Shown here piece after piece: positions 34,699 to 42,697 of a stretch of 53,467 nt of DNA; positions within the stretch are counted from its first letter, which is position 1, and every line of letters starts with the position of its first letter. The notes under the pieces were generated by a model. It was not told the DNA's origin. It saw only the letters and a list, made by a program, of their open reading frames with translations, and searched no databases. Source of the DNA: Candidatus Dormiibacterota bacterium (lineage in GTDB: Bacteria > Chloroflexota > Dormibacteria > Aeolococcales > Aeolococcaceae); assembly GCA_036786805.1 (NCBI GenBank), contig DAIQQM010000002.1, positions 1-53,467 on the forward strand. Direction: 5' to 3'. A program made the translations under genes and the position numbers.

Positions 34699-36531
34699 AT
34701 GAGCGAGATGTCGGTGGCGCATCCACCGATTCTCGTGGCACGCGCGCGCGCCGGCATCGGCCGGCTCAGCGGTCCCCAGCGACTCGCCGTCTTCTCCGCC
34801 TGCCTCGGACTCCTCGGTCTGGCGCTGTGGCTGTTTCCGCTTCGCGACGTGCAGCGAGTCACGGAGATGGGCGCCATCCCATGGTGGGTCGAGCTCGCCG
34901 CCTGCTACGTCACGAGCCTGCTGTTCGTCCAGGTGCGCGTGCACCGCGAGCTGTCGACGCTCTCCCTCACGGAGATCCCGGTCGCGATTGGCCTCTTCCT
35001 CGTCGACCCGCACCAGCTGCTCGCCTGCTACGTGGTCGGTGTGCTCCTCGCCAGCTGGACACGGCAGCGGCGCATCCGCTGGGTCAAGGACTTCGCCAAC
35101 GCGATGCTCGACGTGGTGTACATCGGCGTTGCCGTCCTCGCCTTCGATGCGGTCGGACCCGTGGCCGCCAACCCGCTGGCGGTGCGCAGCATGGTCGCCT
35201 TCGCCGCGGCGATGATCGTCGCCGGGTGGTTCGTCTACCCGATCGCACTCAACGCCGGGAGCATGATCGCTCAGGGCCGGCTCAATCTCGGCGAGGTGGC
35301 GCGCGCGTACCTGTTCCAGGTCGTCGCAACCACCACCAACGCCTCACTCGGGGTCGTGGCGCTCCTCATCCTCACAACGCATCCATGGCTCGCCTTTGCA
35401 CTCGTGCCCCCGGTGGTGCTGGTCCTCGCCGGACAGATCGCCGCCGGCGAGAGTCAGCGTCGCGCGGATCGCAACGAGTTCCTCTACCGCACCACCGAGA
35501 TCCTGCATTCGACGCGTCAGGTCGGCGAGCGCGCCGGCGAGCTGCTGAACGGCATCACGACGATGTTCGGCGTCGAGCGAGCCGAGCTCGTGGTCATCCC
35601 GGAGGTGCGTGGCCCTGCGGTGCGCTTCAACTCCACCGGCGATGACGTACACGCGCAGGCGACCACGTCCGAGCTGACCTTCGCAGAGCAGGAGGTCCTC
35701 AACGAGCTTCGCACCACGGCGATCCTGAGCGGTACCGTGACGCGGGATCAGTCGTTGGGGCTCGCCCTCGCCGAGCGCTCCGCGACCGCCGGCACCGTGG
35801 TGGTGCTCCGCGGGCGCGAAGGCCCGCAGGGCATGCTGCTCCTGCTCAATCCGATGCGTGGCAACGGCAAGCTCGGAGCGCATGAGCAGAGCCTCCTGAA
35901 CACCGTCGCCGGCCTCATCAGCGTCGCCCTCGAGAACGGCCAGCTCGCGGAGGCGATCAGGGCGATGTCGGTGGAGAAGGCCGATCTGGCCCGCCGAGCC
36001 TTCTACGACCCGCTCACGCAGATCGCGAACCGGTCGCTGTTCATCGACACGATCCGGACATCGCTGGCCCAGCTGCCGACGACGCAGCGCCCGATCGCCG
36101 TGATGTTCATCGACCTCGACGGTTTCAAGGAGATCAACGACACGTTCGGGCACGCGGTCGGCGATCGCGTGCTCAGCGAGGTGGCGGCTCGCCTGCGCGT
36201 GCAGGTTCGCAAGCTCGACATGGCGGCGCGCATCGGCGGCGACGAGTTCGGCATGCTCCTCGACGGCATGCGCCATTTCAGCGACGCAGCCGTGGTCGCC
36301 GACCGGATCATCGAGACGCTTCGGCGACCCATCCCGCTCGGCGATGCCGTCGTCACCATCGGAGCGAGCGTCGGCGTCGCCGTCGTCGAGGATGCGGCCG
36401 ACGCGCCCGAACCCGAGGAGCTCATGCGCCGCGCGGACATGGCGATGTACCTCGCCAAGCGCCAGGGCAAGGATCGCTACGTCGTCTTCGACGAGACAGC
36501 GCGGTCGCCGGTGATCGCAAGAGCCTCCTAG
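34699..36531 (+). CDS. Membrane-anchored diguanylate cyclase (multi-TM sensor, GAF-like region, GGDEF)
   Basis: The C-terminal GGDEF domain has YDPLTQIANR and RIGGDEFGML. The N-terminal ~230 aa are polytopic. Confidence 0.85.
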   Translation: MSEMSVAHPPILVARARAGIGRLSGPQRLAVFSACLGLLGLALWLFPLRDVQRVTEMGAIPWWVELAACYVTSLLFVQVRVHRELSTLSLTEIPVAIGLFLVDPHQLLACYVVGVLLASWTRQRRIRWVKDFANAMLDVVYIGVAVLAFDAVGPVAANPLAVRSMVAFAAAMIVAGWFVYPIALNAGSMIAQGRLNLGEVARAYLFQVVATTTNASLGVVALLILTTHPWLAFALVPPVVLVLAGQIAAGESQRRADRNEFLYRTTEILHSTRQVGERAGELLNGITTMFGVERAELVVIPEVRGPAVRFNSTGDDVHAQATTSELTFAEQEVLNELRTTAILSGTVTRDQSLGLALAERSATAGTVVVLRGREGPQGMLLLLNPMRGNGKLGAHEQSLLNTVAGLISVALENGQLAEAIRAMSVEKADLARRAFYDPLTQIANRSLFIDTIRTSLAQLPTTQRPIAVMFIDLDGFKEINDTFGHAVGDRVLSEVAARLRVQVRKLDMAARIGGDEFGMLLDGMRHFSDAAVVADRIIETLRRPIPLGDAVVTIGASVGVAVVEDAADAPEPEELMRRADMAMYLAKRQGKDRYVVFDETARSPVIARAS

Positions 36532-37380
36532 GTGTCCGACCGGGCGCAGCCCGAGAGCACCGCCGGGTGGATCTACGATGGGCGGGTGACACCCCCGCGC
36601 TGCCTGACGATCGCGACCTCCGACTCCGGTGGGGGCGCGGGGATCCAGGCGGACCTCAAGGCGTTCGCCGCCGCCGGCTGCCACGGAATGACCGCAGTCG
36701 TCGGTGTCACCGCGCAGAACACGACGGCGATCCTGGCCACGTATCCGCTTCCGATCTCGATCATCACCGCGCAACTCGAGGCTGTCTACGACGACATCGG
36801 CGTGGACGCGGTGAAGACCGGCGCCCTTCTCCAGGCGGCGATCATCGAGGCGGTCGTGGACTTCCTCCGGCGCCACCCGACCCCACTCGTGGTCGATCCG
36901 GTGCTCCGCGCAAGCACGGGGGCGGCGCTGCTCGATCCAGAAGCGGTCGAGGTGCTGATCCGCTCCCTGCTGCCGCTGGCGACCGTGGTGACGCCGAACC
37001 TCGCCGAGGCTCGCATGCTCGCCGGCCTCGACGGCGACCGGCGGACGCTGGCGGAGCGGATCGTCTCGCGAGGAGCCCGGGCGGTGTTGATCACCGGGGG
37101 CACGGGTGAGGGGTCGGACCTGCTCTTCGACGGCGCCGAATACCTGGAGATTCCGGTGACCTGGGTCGAGGGAGGCGCAACCCACGGCACCGGATGCACG
37201 CACTCGGCCACGCTCGCCGCTGAGCTCGCGCGCGGCGCGTCACTCGCCGATGCGGCCCGTCATGCCGCCGATGCCACCGCGGCCGCCATCGCACAGGGCC
37301 TCGATGGCATCGGCGCGGGGGCGGGACCGGTGGCTGTCGGTCAGGCCTCGGGGGCGAGCCAGCGGGTCCGCACGAGGTAG
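36532..37380 (+). CDS. thiD: Hydroxymethylpyrimidine/phosphomethylpyrimidine kinase
   Basis: GTG directly follows the upstream TAG. Motifs: IATSDSGGGAGIQADLKAF and GTGCTHSATLAA. Confidence 0.88.
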   Translation: MSDRAQPESTAGWIYDGRVTPPRCLTIATSDSGGGAGIQADLKAFAAAGCHGMTAVVGVTAQNTTAILATYPLPISIITAQLEAVYDDIGVDAVKTGALLQAAIIEAVVDFLRRHPTPLVVDPVLRASTGAALLDPEAVEVLIRSLLPLATVVTPNLAEARMLAGLDGDRRTLAERIVSRGARAVLITGGTGEGSDLLFDGAEYLEIPVTWVEGGATHGTGCTHSATLAAELARGASLADAARHAADATAAAIAQGLDGIGAGAGPVAVGQASGASQRVRTR

Positions 37381-38066
37381 ACGAGCAGGCCGATCGCGAT
37401 GAGGTCGATGAGCAGCAGGACCGGGCCGAGATTCAAACCGTTGCCGAAGGCGAGACCGCTGAGCGGCGTGAGCGCCTCGACCGGCGGGATGGTGGCGGCG
37501 TCGAGACCCTCGCCCGTGGACACGGCCGAAACCGCGCTCGAAAGCGGTGCGAAGGGGGTCGGATCCGCCGGAGGCTGGGTGTGAGCGCTCCCGGCACTGC
37601 CTCTGGAGCTGTTGCCGCCCGAGTGGGTGGCGGTCGAGCCACCTGAGGGTGACACCGGCTTGGCGGTGGGTGCGGGCGTGCCGGTCGGCGCCGGAGTGCT
37701 CGTCGGCGTGGCGATGGGCGTCGGCGTCGGGCCGCCGCCGTTGCCATTGCCCGTGCCGCTGCCGCCACCGGTCGGGCTCGGAGTCGGGCTGGGAGTCGCC
37801 GTGGGCGAAGAGGTTGGCGGCGGCTTGATGCACGTCTTCGTCCAGCAGCACCTCCCGGTATTCGGATCGATGCCGTAGGGGCACTTGTGCCTTTGGCCCG
37901 CGGTGGGCGAAGGACTGGGACTGGCGCTGGGGCCCGGGTTCGCGGCGGCCGCCACTCCGGAGACCCCGGCGAGCATCAGCACGAAGACGCCGGGAAGCAG
38001 CGCCAGTGCGGCGCGGGCTCTCGGGCGCCTGCGGGGAGTCGGCTTGATGGTCACGTTGGCGCTCAT
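37341..38066 (-). CDS. Secreted Pro/Thr/Ser-rich protein with 4-Cys motif and C-terminal TM anchor
   Basis: It has an Arg-rich signal (RRRPRARAALALLPGVFVLMLAG), the Cys motif CPYGIDPNTGRCCWTKTC, low-complexity PT linkers, and a C-terminal LGPVLLLIDLIAIGLLVYLVRTRW. Confidence 0.55.
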   Translation of the reverse strand: MSANVTIKPTPRRRPRARAALALLPGVFVLMLAGVSGVAAAANPGPSASPSPSPTAGQRHKCPYGIDPNTGRCCWTKTCIKPPPTSSPTATPSPTPSPTGGGSGTGNGNGGGPTPTPIATPTSTPAPTGTPAPTAKPVSPSGGSTATHSGGNSSRGSAGSAHTQPPADPTPFAPLSSAVSAVSTGEGLDAATIPPVEALTPLSGLAFGNGLNLGPVLLLIDLIAIGLLVYLVRTRWLAPEA

Positions 38067-38192
38067 TGACGTGTTTCAACCTTCGTCTTAATACCTCCGC
38101 GCCGAGATGAAAGTCGGCGTGTCGTCACGGCGCCGCGAGGCCGTGTTCACAGAGTTCACACCGGCGTGAGGCGTCCGCATACGATTCCGCCG

Positions 38193-38936
38193 GTGTGCAC
38201 GATCCTCCTTGCCTGGAGATGCCACCCCGCCGCGCCGATCGTGCTCGCCGCAAACCGCGATGAACTCATTGCCCGCCCAAGCGCACCGCCCGGGCCGCTC
38301 AGCTCCGACCCGCTGATCCTCGGGGGGCGCGACCTCGTCGCCGGCGGGACCTGGCTGGCCGTGGCCGCGGACGGCAGGGTCTGCGCCGTGACCAACCGGC
38401 ATCCCACCGAAGGTCCACCGCTCCCGCCCGATCCCTCACGCCGCTCCCGGGGCGAGATCGCGGTCTCGCTGCTCGCCGCCGATCCTGCGGAGATCCCAGG
38501 CTGCCTTGCCGGTCTTGGACCCGGGCGCTACAACCCGGTCAACGTGCTCTGGTTGAGCGCGGACCGAGCACTCGTCGCTCATGTCGACGACTCCGGCCCG
38601 GTGCGCGTGGTCGACCTGAACCCGGGGCACCACGTGCTCACCACCCGTGACGTCGACGACGCGAGCAGCCCGAAGGTGGCCATGCTCCTGGCCGCGATGG
38701 ATCGTACGCTCGCACACGATGGCGATCCCGACGCGACCCTGACCGGGCTGCGCGCGATGCTCGCCGGCCACACGTCGGCGAGTGATTCGCCGGTGGACGC
38801 GGCCTGCATCCATGGTGATGTGTACGGGACGGTGTCGGCGTCGACAGTGATGGCTGGAGCCGGGCGAATCGTCTACGAGCACGCGCCCGGCCGCCCATGT
38901 GTCACGCCGTTCGCGAGAGTGCCGATCGCGCCCTAG
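38193..38936 (+). CDS. NRDE family protein (DUF833/TANGO2-like)
   Basis: It begins VCTILLAW... and contains the literal LAANRDE motif. Start is GTG 38193 or ATG 38166. Confidence 0.7.
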   Translation: MCTILLAWRCHPAAPIVLAANRDELIARPSAPPGPLSSDPLILGGRDLVAGGTWLAVAADGRVCAVTNRHPTEGPPLPPDPSRRSRGEIAVSLLAADPAEIPGCLAGLGPGRYNPVNVLWLSADRALVAHVDDSGPVRVVDLNPGHHVLTTRDVDDASSPKVAMLLAAMDRTLAHDGDPDATLTGLRAMLAGHTSASDSPVDAACIHGDVYGTVSASTVMAGAGRIVYEHAPGRPCVTPFARVPIAP

Positions 38937-40591
38937 TGGCCAGTCCCGAGCTGTACCGCCTTGACCAGCAGGAGAAGGACCGCGAGCACGAGATAGGCGC
39001 GCATGGAATACAGCGCGACGAGCCGGCTGCGTGACTGCTCGGGGCGCGTCAGCAGCGCCAGCGGCGGCATACGCCACGTCTCACGATCCTCGTCCTCGAA
39101 TGCCTCGGCCGGCCGTGCGCGCGTACCACGGGTGGTGAAAACGGTGATGCCGACCAGCGCAGCCAGCATCACCACGCTGAGGATGGCGAGCAGGAGCGGG
39201 ACGTTCACCGATGAGAACACGGTGGTCACGACCAGGATGAGCGACAGCATAACCAGGATGCCGAGGATCAGTGTCGCGACGATGTTCAACCATGGCCGAT
39301 TCACCCACGGACCGAGCACCTCGCGGTCGTTGCAGAGGAGGAGCAGGAAGAGACTTGCGCTGGGCAGTAACACGCCTGCCAGGGCCTGCACCGCGGTGGT
39401 GATCAATCCGAGCGGCGCGTTGGGAAACAGCGTCAGCCCGGCGGCAAGCACGACCAGCGCCGTGAACGTCGCATAGAACGGCTTGGCCTCCCGCCACGAG
39501 CGGTGCAGCGAGTGCCGGATGCCGAACGTGTCACCGAATGCATAGGACGTCGCCAGGGTCACGGCACTCGCACCGATGATCGACGCGTCGATGAGCAGGA
39601 CGGCGAACAGAGCACCGGCCGCAGAGCCGAGATGGTGCGCGATCCCGGACGCAACGGTTCCGGCATTGACGAACTGCCCCGCAAGCGGGGTGCTCTGGAA
39701 GGCGAATGCCGTCGTGATCATGATCGCAGTGGCGCCGACAACGACGACGAATGCGCCGATGACCGTATCGGCTCGCTCGTACGGGATCCATCGCGGTGTG
39801 ATGCGCTTGTCGACGACGTTGCTCTGCTGGAAGAAGAGCTGCCACGGCGCGACGGTCGTTCCGACGATGGCGATGATAAGGAGCACGCCGTTGGACGTGA
39901 GGCCAGACGTCGCGCCCTCCTTCATGCCCGGGATGACGAGGTCGTGCGCCACCTGACCGATGTTCGGGTGACTCAGGATCACCAACGGGATGATCAGGAG
40001 GTTGCCGAAAAGGATCACGAACATGAGCCGCTCCCATGTCTCGAAACGGCCCGTCACGGTGATTCCAATGAGCAGGAGTCCCGCGAGCGGCACGGCGAGA
40101 TATGGGGTGACGCCGAAGTACGAGGCGCCCAGCGAGATGCCGATGAATTCGGTGGCGATGGTGAGGAAGTTGAGGATGAACAGGTCGCCGACGCTGAACC
40201 AGCCCCAGAAGCGGCCGAACCGCTCGAAGATCAGCCTGCCGTGCCCGACCCCGGTGACCGCACCGAGGCGAACCACCATCTCCTGGTTGACGATCAGCAC
40301 CGGGATGAGGAACACGAGCGTCCAGAGCAGGCTCGTGCCGTAATTCTGTCCGGCCTGGGCGTAGGTGGCGACACCACCGGCATCGTTATCGCCGACCATC
40401 ACGATGAGGCCGGGACCCATGATCACGGCAAGGGCGAGGAGTCGGCGGCGCCATGTGCGCGGTGTGTTCGAGTCGTGCTCGCCGATCGTCCCGAAGGCGC
40501 CGCGGATGTCTCCGAGGTGTGCGGCATCAAGAACCGCCGTGTTGCCGCGCGCCACCTCGGCGTCGGCCTTGCGAGCCTTCTCCTGCGCCAA
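38933..40591 (-). CDS. NRAMP/SLC11-family transporter, paralog 1, non-canonical metal site (NRMT-like)
   Basis: TTG start. The TM1 motif is GDNDAGG in place of the canonical DPGN. The TM6 motif is GTTVAPWQLFFQQS in place of the canonical A-x-x-MPHN-x-x-LHS. It is 11-12 TM with a C-terminal extension. Confidence 0.85.
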   Translation of the reverse strand: MAQEKARKADAEVARGNTAVLDAAHLGDIRGAFGTIGEHDSNTPRTWRRRLLALAVIMGPGLIVMVGDNDAGGVATYAQAGQNYGTSLLWTLVFLIPVLIVNQEMVVRLGAVTGVGHGRLIFERFGRFWGWFSVGDLFILNFLTIATEFIGISLGASYFGVTPYLAVPLAGLLLIGITVTGRFETWERLMFVILFGNLLIIPLVILSHPNIGQVAHDLVIPGMKEGATSGLTSNGVLLIIAIVGTTVAPWQLFFQQSNVVDKRITPRWIPYERADTVIGAFVVVVGATAIMITTAFAFQSTPLAGQFVNAGTVASGIAHHLGSAAGALFAVLLIDASIIGASAVTLATSYAFGDTFGIRHSLHRSWREAKPFYATFTALVVLAAGLTLFPNAPLGLITTAVQALAGVLLPSASLFLLLLCNDREVLGPWVNRPWLNIVATLILGILVMLSLILVVTTVFSSVNVPLLLAILSVVMLAALVGITVFTTRGTRARPAEAFEDEDRETWRMPPLALLTRPEQSRSRLVALYSMRAYLVLAVLLLLVKAVQLGTGH

Positions 40592-40776
40592 TTCGGACCT
40601 CCCACCGTCGATGACGGCAAGACTGAGCGGGCCTGTCCGCTCAGGAGGTCACGAATGCTTTCGCTACCTCGCTGCGGGCCGGCCCGTACGTTGCCGGGAC
40701 CGGGGACTGTCGCCGCCGTCCATATGTGATTCCCTCCACCCCGAGAACGAGGTTTGTCGTTGTTCGAAAGTGTACA
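40592..40776 (-). promoter_or_regulatory. Conserved 5' leader, copy 1: candidate riboswitch with RBS-sequestering expression platform
   Basis: It is near-identical to 42489-42670. On the RNA, GACCUCC (complement of 40644-40650) pairs with the RBS GGAGGUC (complement of 40596-40602). This helix encloses hairpins at 40624-40643 and 40605-40617. A TGTACACT -10-like box lies at 40769-40776. Confidence 0.5.
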
Positions 40777-40826
40777 TCCCGCGCGACCGCGGCTTCGCAA
40801 GGCCCTTCGCGCAGCCGAGGCCGCGC

Positions 40827-42488
40827 CTAGTGTCCACCGTGAGAGGCGAGGATGGTCTTGACGAGCAGGCTCACCATCGCCACGATCGCATAACCTCGCA
40901 CCGAGCACAGCGCGATGAGCCGCCCGCGCGACTTGACGGGCTGTTCGAGCAGGGCGAGTGACGGCATTCGCCAGGTCTCGCGGTCCTCGTCCATTCGCGG
41001 GTCACGAGGTCGCTCGCGCCGCGAGCGAACGTTGATCACGATCGCGATCACCAACCCGACGATCATCACGGCGGTGAGCACAAGGAACAGTTCCGCGACG
41101 TCGATGCCGGGAAGGATGGTCGACACCACGAGGATGACCGAGAGGATCAGAAGCACACCGAGGACGAGCGACGCGAGCAGGTTGAACCACGGACGGTTGA
41201 CCCAGGGACCGAGCACGTCCCGGTCGTTGCAGAGAAACAGCAGGAAGAGACACGCGCTCGGCAGCATGACTCCGGCCAGCGCCTGCACCGCCGTCGTCAC
41301 CAGGCCGAGCGGCACTCCGGGAATGAGCACGAACACAGCGGCCAGCGTCACGATCACCGTGAACGTCGCGTAGAAGGACTTCGCCTCGCGCCATGAGCGA
41401 TGCAGCGAATTCCTGATGCCGAATGTGTCACCGAACGCATAGGACGTGCACAGCGTCACAGCACTCGCGCCGACAACCGAGGCGTCGATCAGCAGGATCG
41501 AAAAGATCGCGCCCACCGCCGGTCCGACGCGCGCCTTGAGGGCGTTGGCAAGGTCAAAGGCGTTGGTGAAGGCGTTCGGATTGTTCTGTCCACCACCGGT
41601 GCGACTGAAGGCGAATGCGGTCCCCACCATGATGGCGGTCGCACCGATGACCACCACCATTGCGCCGATCACGGTATCCGCCCGCTCGTATGGAATCCAG
41701 CGAGGTGTGATGCGCTTGTCCACAACATTGGATTGCTGAAAGAAGAGTTGCCAGGGGGTGACCGTCGTCCCGACGATGGCGACGATGAGGAGCACGCCGT
41801 CGGACTTGAAGCCTCCCTCCACACCGGGGATGACGAAGTGCTGCACGACAGGCCCAAGCGTTGGATGGCAGAGCAACATCAGCGGGATGCACAGGAGATT
41901 TCCGAAGAGGAGGACGAACATCAGCCGCTCCCACGTCTCGAAACGGCCGGTGACCGTGATGCCGACGAGGACGAGTCCGGCAAGTGGCACGGCAACCCAC
42001 GCGGGCACTCCGAAATACTGAGCGCCGAGCGAGATGCCGATGAACTCGGTGGCGATCGTGAGGAAGTTGAGAACGAAGAGATCGCTCACGGCGAACCGGC
42101 CCCAGATCTTGCCGAACCGCTCGAAGATCAGCCGTCCATGCCCGACGCCGGAGACAGCGCCGAGGCGCGCCACCATCTCCTGGTTGACGATGAGCACCGG
42201 AATGAGCAGGAGCAGGGTCCAGAGCAGGCTCGTTCCGTAGTTCTGCCCGGCTGCCGCGTATGTCGAGACCCCACCGGCGTCGTTGTCCCCGACCATCACG
42301 ATGAGGCCGGGTCCGACGATCACGGCAAGAGCGAGCAGCCTGCGACGCCACGACCGCGCAGCGGAGGGGTCGTGCTCGCCGATCGTGCCGAAGGCACCGC
42401 GAATATCGCCGTGATGCGCGCCGTCCACGGTGATCTTCGGACCGGTCGACGGCTTGGCGGCCGTCTTGCGAGCCTTCTCCTGCGCCAA
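40827..42488 (-). CDS. NRAMP/SLC11-family transporter, paralog 2, non-canonical metal site (NRMT-like)
   Basis: Tandem paralog of 38933-40591, with high protein identity by eye. It has the same TTG start context, GDNDAGG, and GTTVTPWQLFFQQS. Confidence 0.85.
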   Translation of the reverse strand: MAQEKARKTAAKPSTGPKITVDGAHHGDIRGAFGTIGEHDPSAARSWRRRLLALAVIVGPGLIVMVGDNDAGGVSTYAAAGQNYGTSLLWTLLLLIPVLIVNQEMVARLGAVSGVGHGRLIFERFGKIWGRFAVSDLFVLNFLTIATEFIGISLGAQYFGVPAWVAVPLAGLVLVGITVTGRFETWERLMFVLLFGNLLCIPLMLLCHPTLGPVVQHFVIPGVEGGFKSDGVLLIVAIVGTTVTPWQLFFQQSNVVDKRITPRWIPYERADTVIGAMVVVIGATAIMVGTAFAFSRTGGGQNNPNAFTNAFDLANALKARVGPAVGAIFSILLIDASVVGASAVTLCTSYAFGDTFGIRNSLHRSWREAKSFYATFTVIVTLAAVFVLIPGVPLGLVTTAVQALAGVMLPSACLFLLFLCNDRDVLGPWVNRPWFNLLASLVLGVLLILSVILVVSTILPGIDVAELFLVLTAVMIVGLVIAIVINVRSRRERPRDPRMDEDRETWRMPSLALLEQPVKSRGRLIALCSVRGYAIVAMVSLLVKTILASHGGH

Positions 42489-42670
42489 TTCGGACCTCCC
42501 ACCGTCGATGACGGCAAGACTGAGCGGGCCTGTCCGCTCAGGAGGTCACGAGTGCTTCGCTACCTCGATGCGGGCCGGCCCGTTAAGTTGCCGGGACTGG
42601 GGACTGCCGCCGCCGTCCATGTGTCAGTGCCTACACCCCACAAATACGCTTGCCGGACTGGGAGTGTACA
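42489..42670 (-). promoter_or_regulatory. Conserved 5' leader, copy 2: candidate riboswitch
   Basis: An 87-bp run (42465-42551) is identical to 40568-40654. The next ~75 nt differ only by a few substitutions and two 1-nt indels. The TGTACACT box is conserved at 42663-42670. Confidence 0.5.
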
Positions 42671-42697
42671 ACCCGCGCTTGACCCGAAGGCCAGGGC

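Noticed and set aside
27710-37203. Other long antisense ORFs: 27710..29362(+), 32555..34324(-), 35344..37203(-)
   Set aside because: Each is antisense to a confidently identified gene (relaxase, gltX, GGDEF/thiD) and reads as GC-driven filler sequence.
40660-40722. Short leader peptide ORFs inside the NRAMP leaders (MDGGDSPRSRQ... in copy 1, MDGGGSPQSRQ... in copy 2)
   Set aside because: The two 1-nt indels between the copies shift the frame, so the peptides share only about 11 residues and end differently. Conservation is therefore at the RNA level. A short regulatory peptide covering only the shared part cannot be fully excluded.
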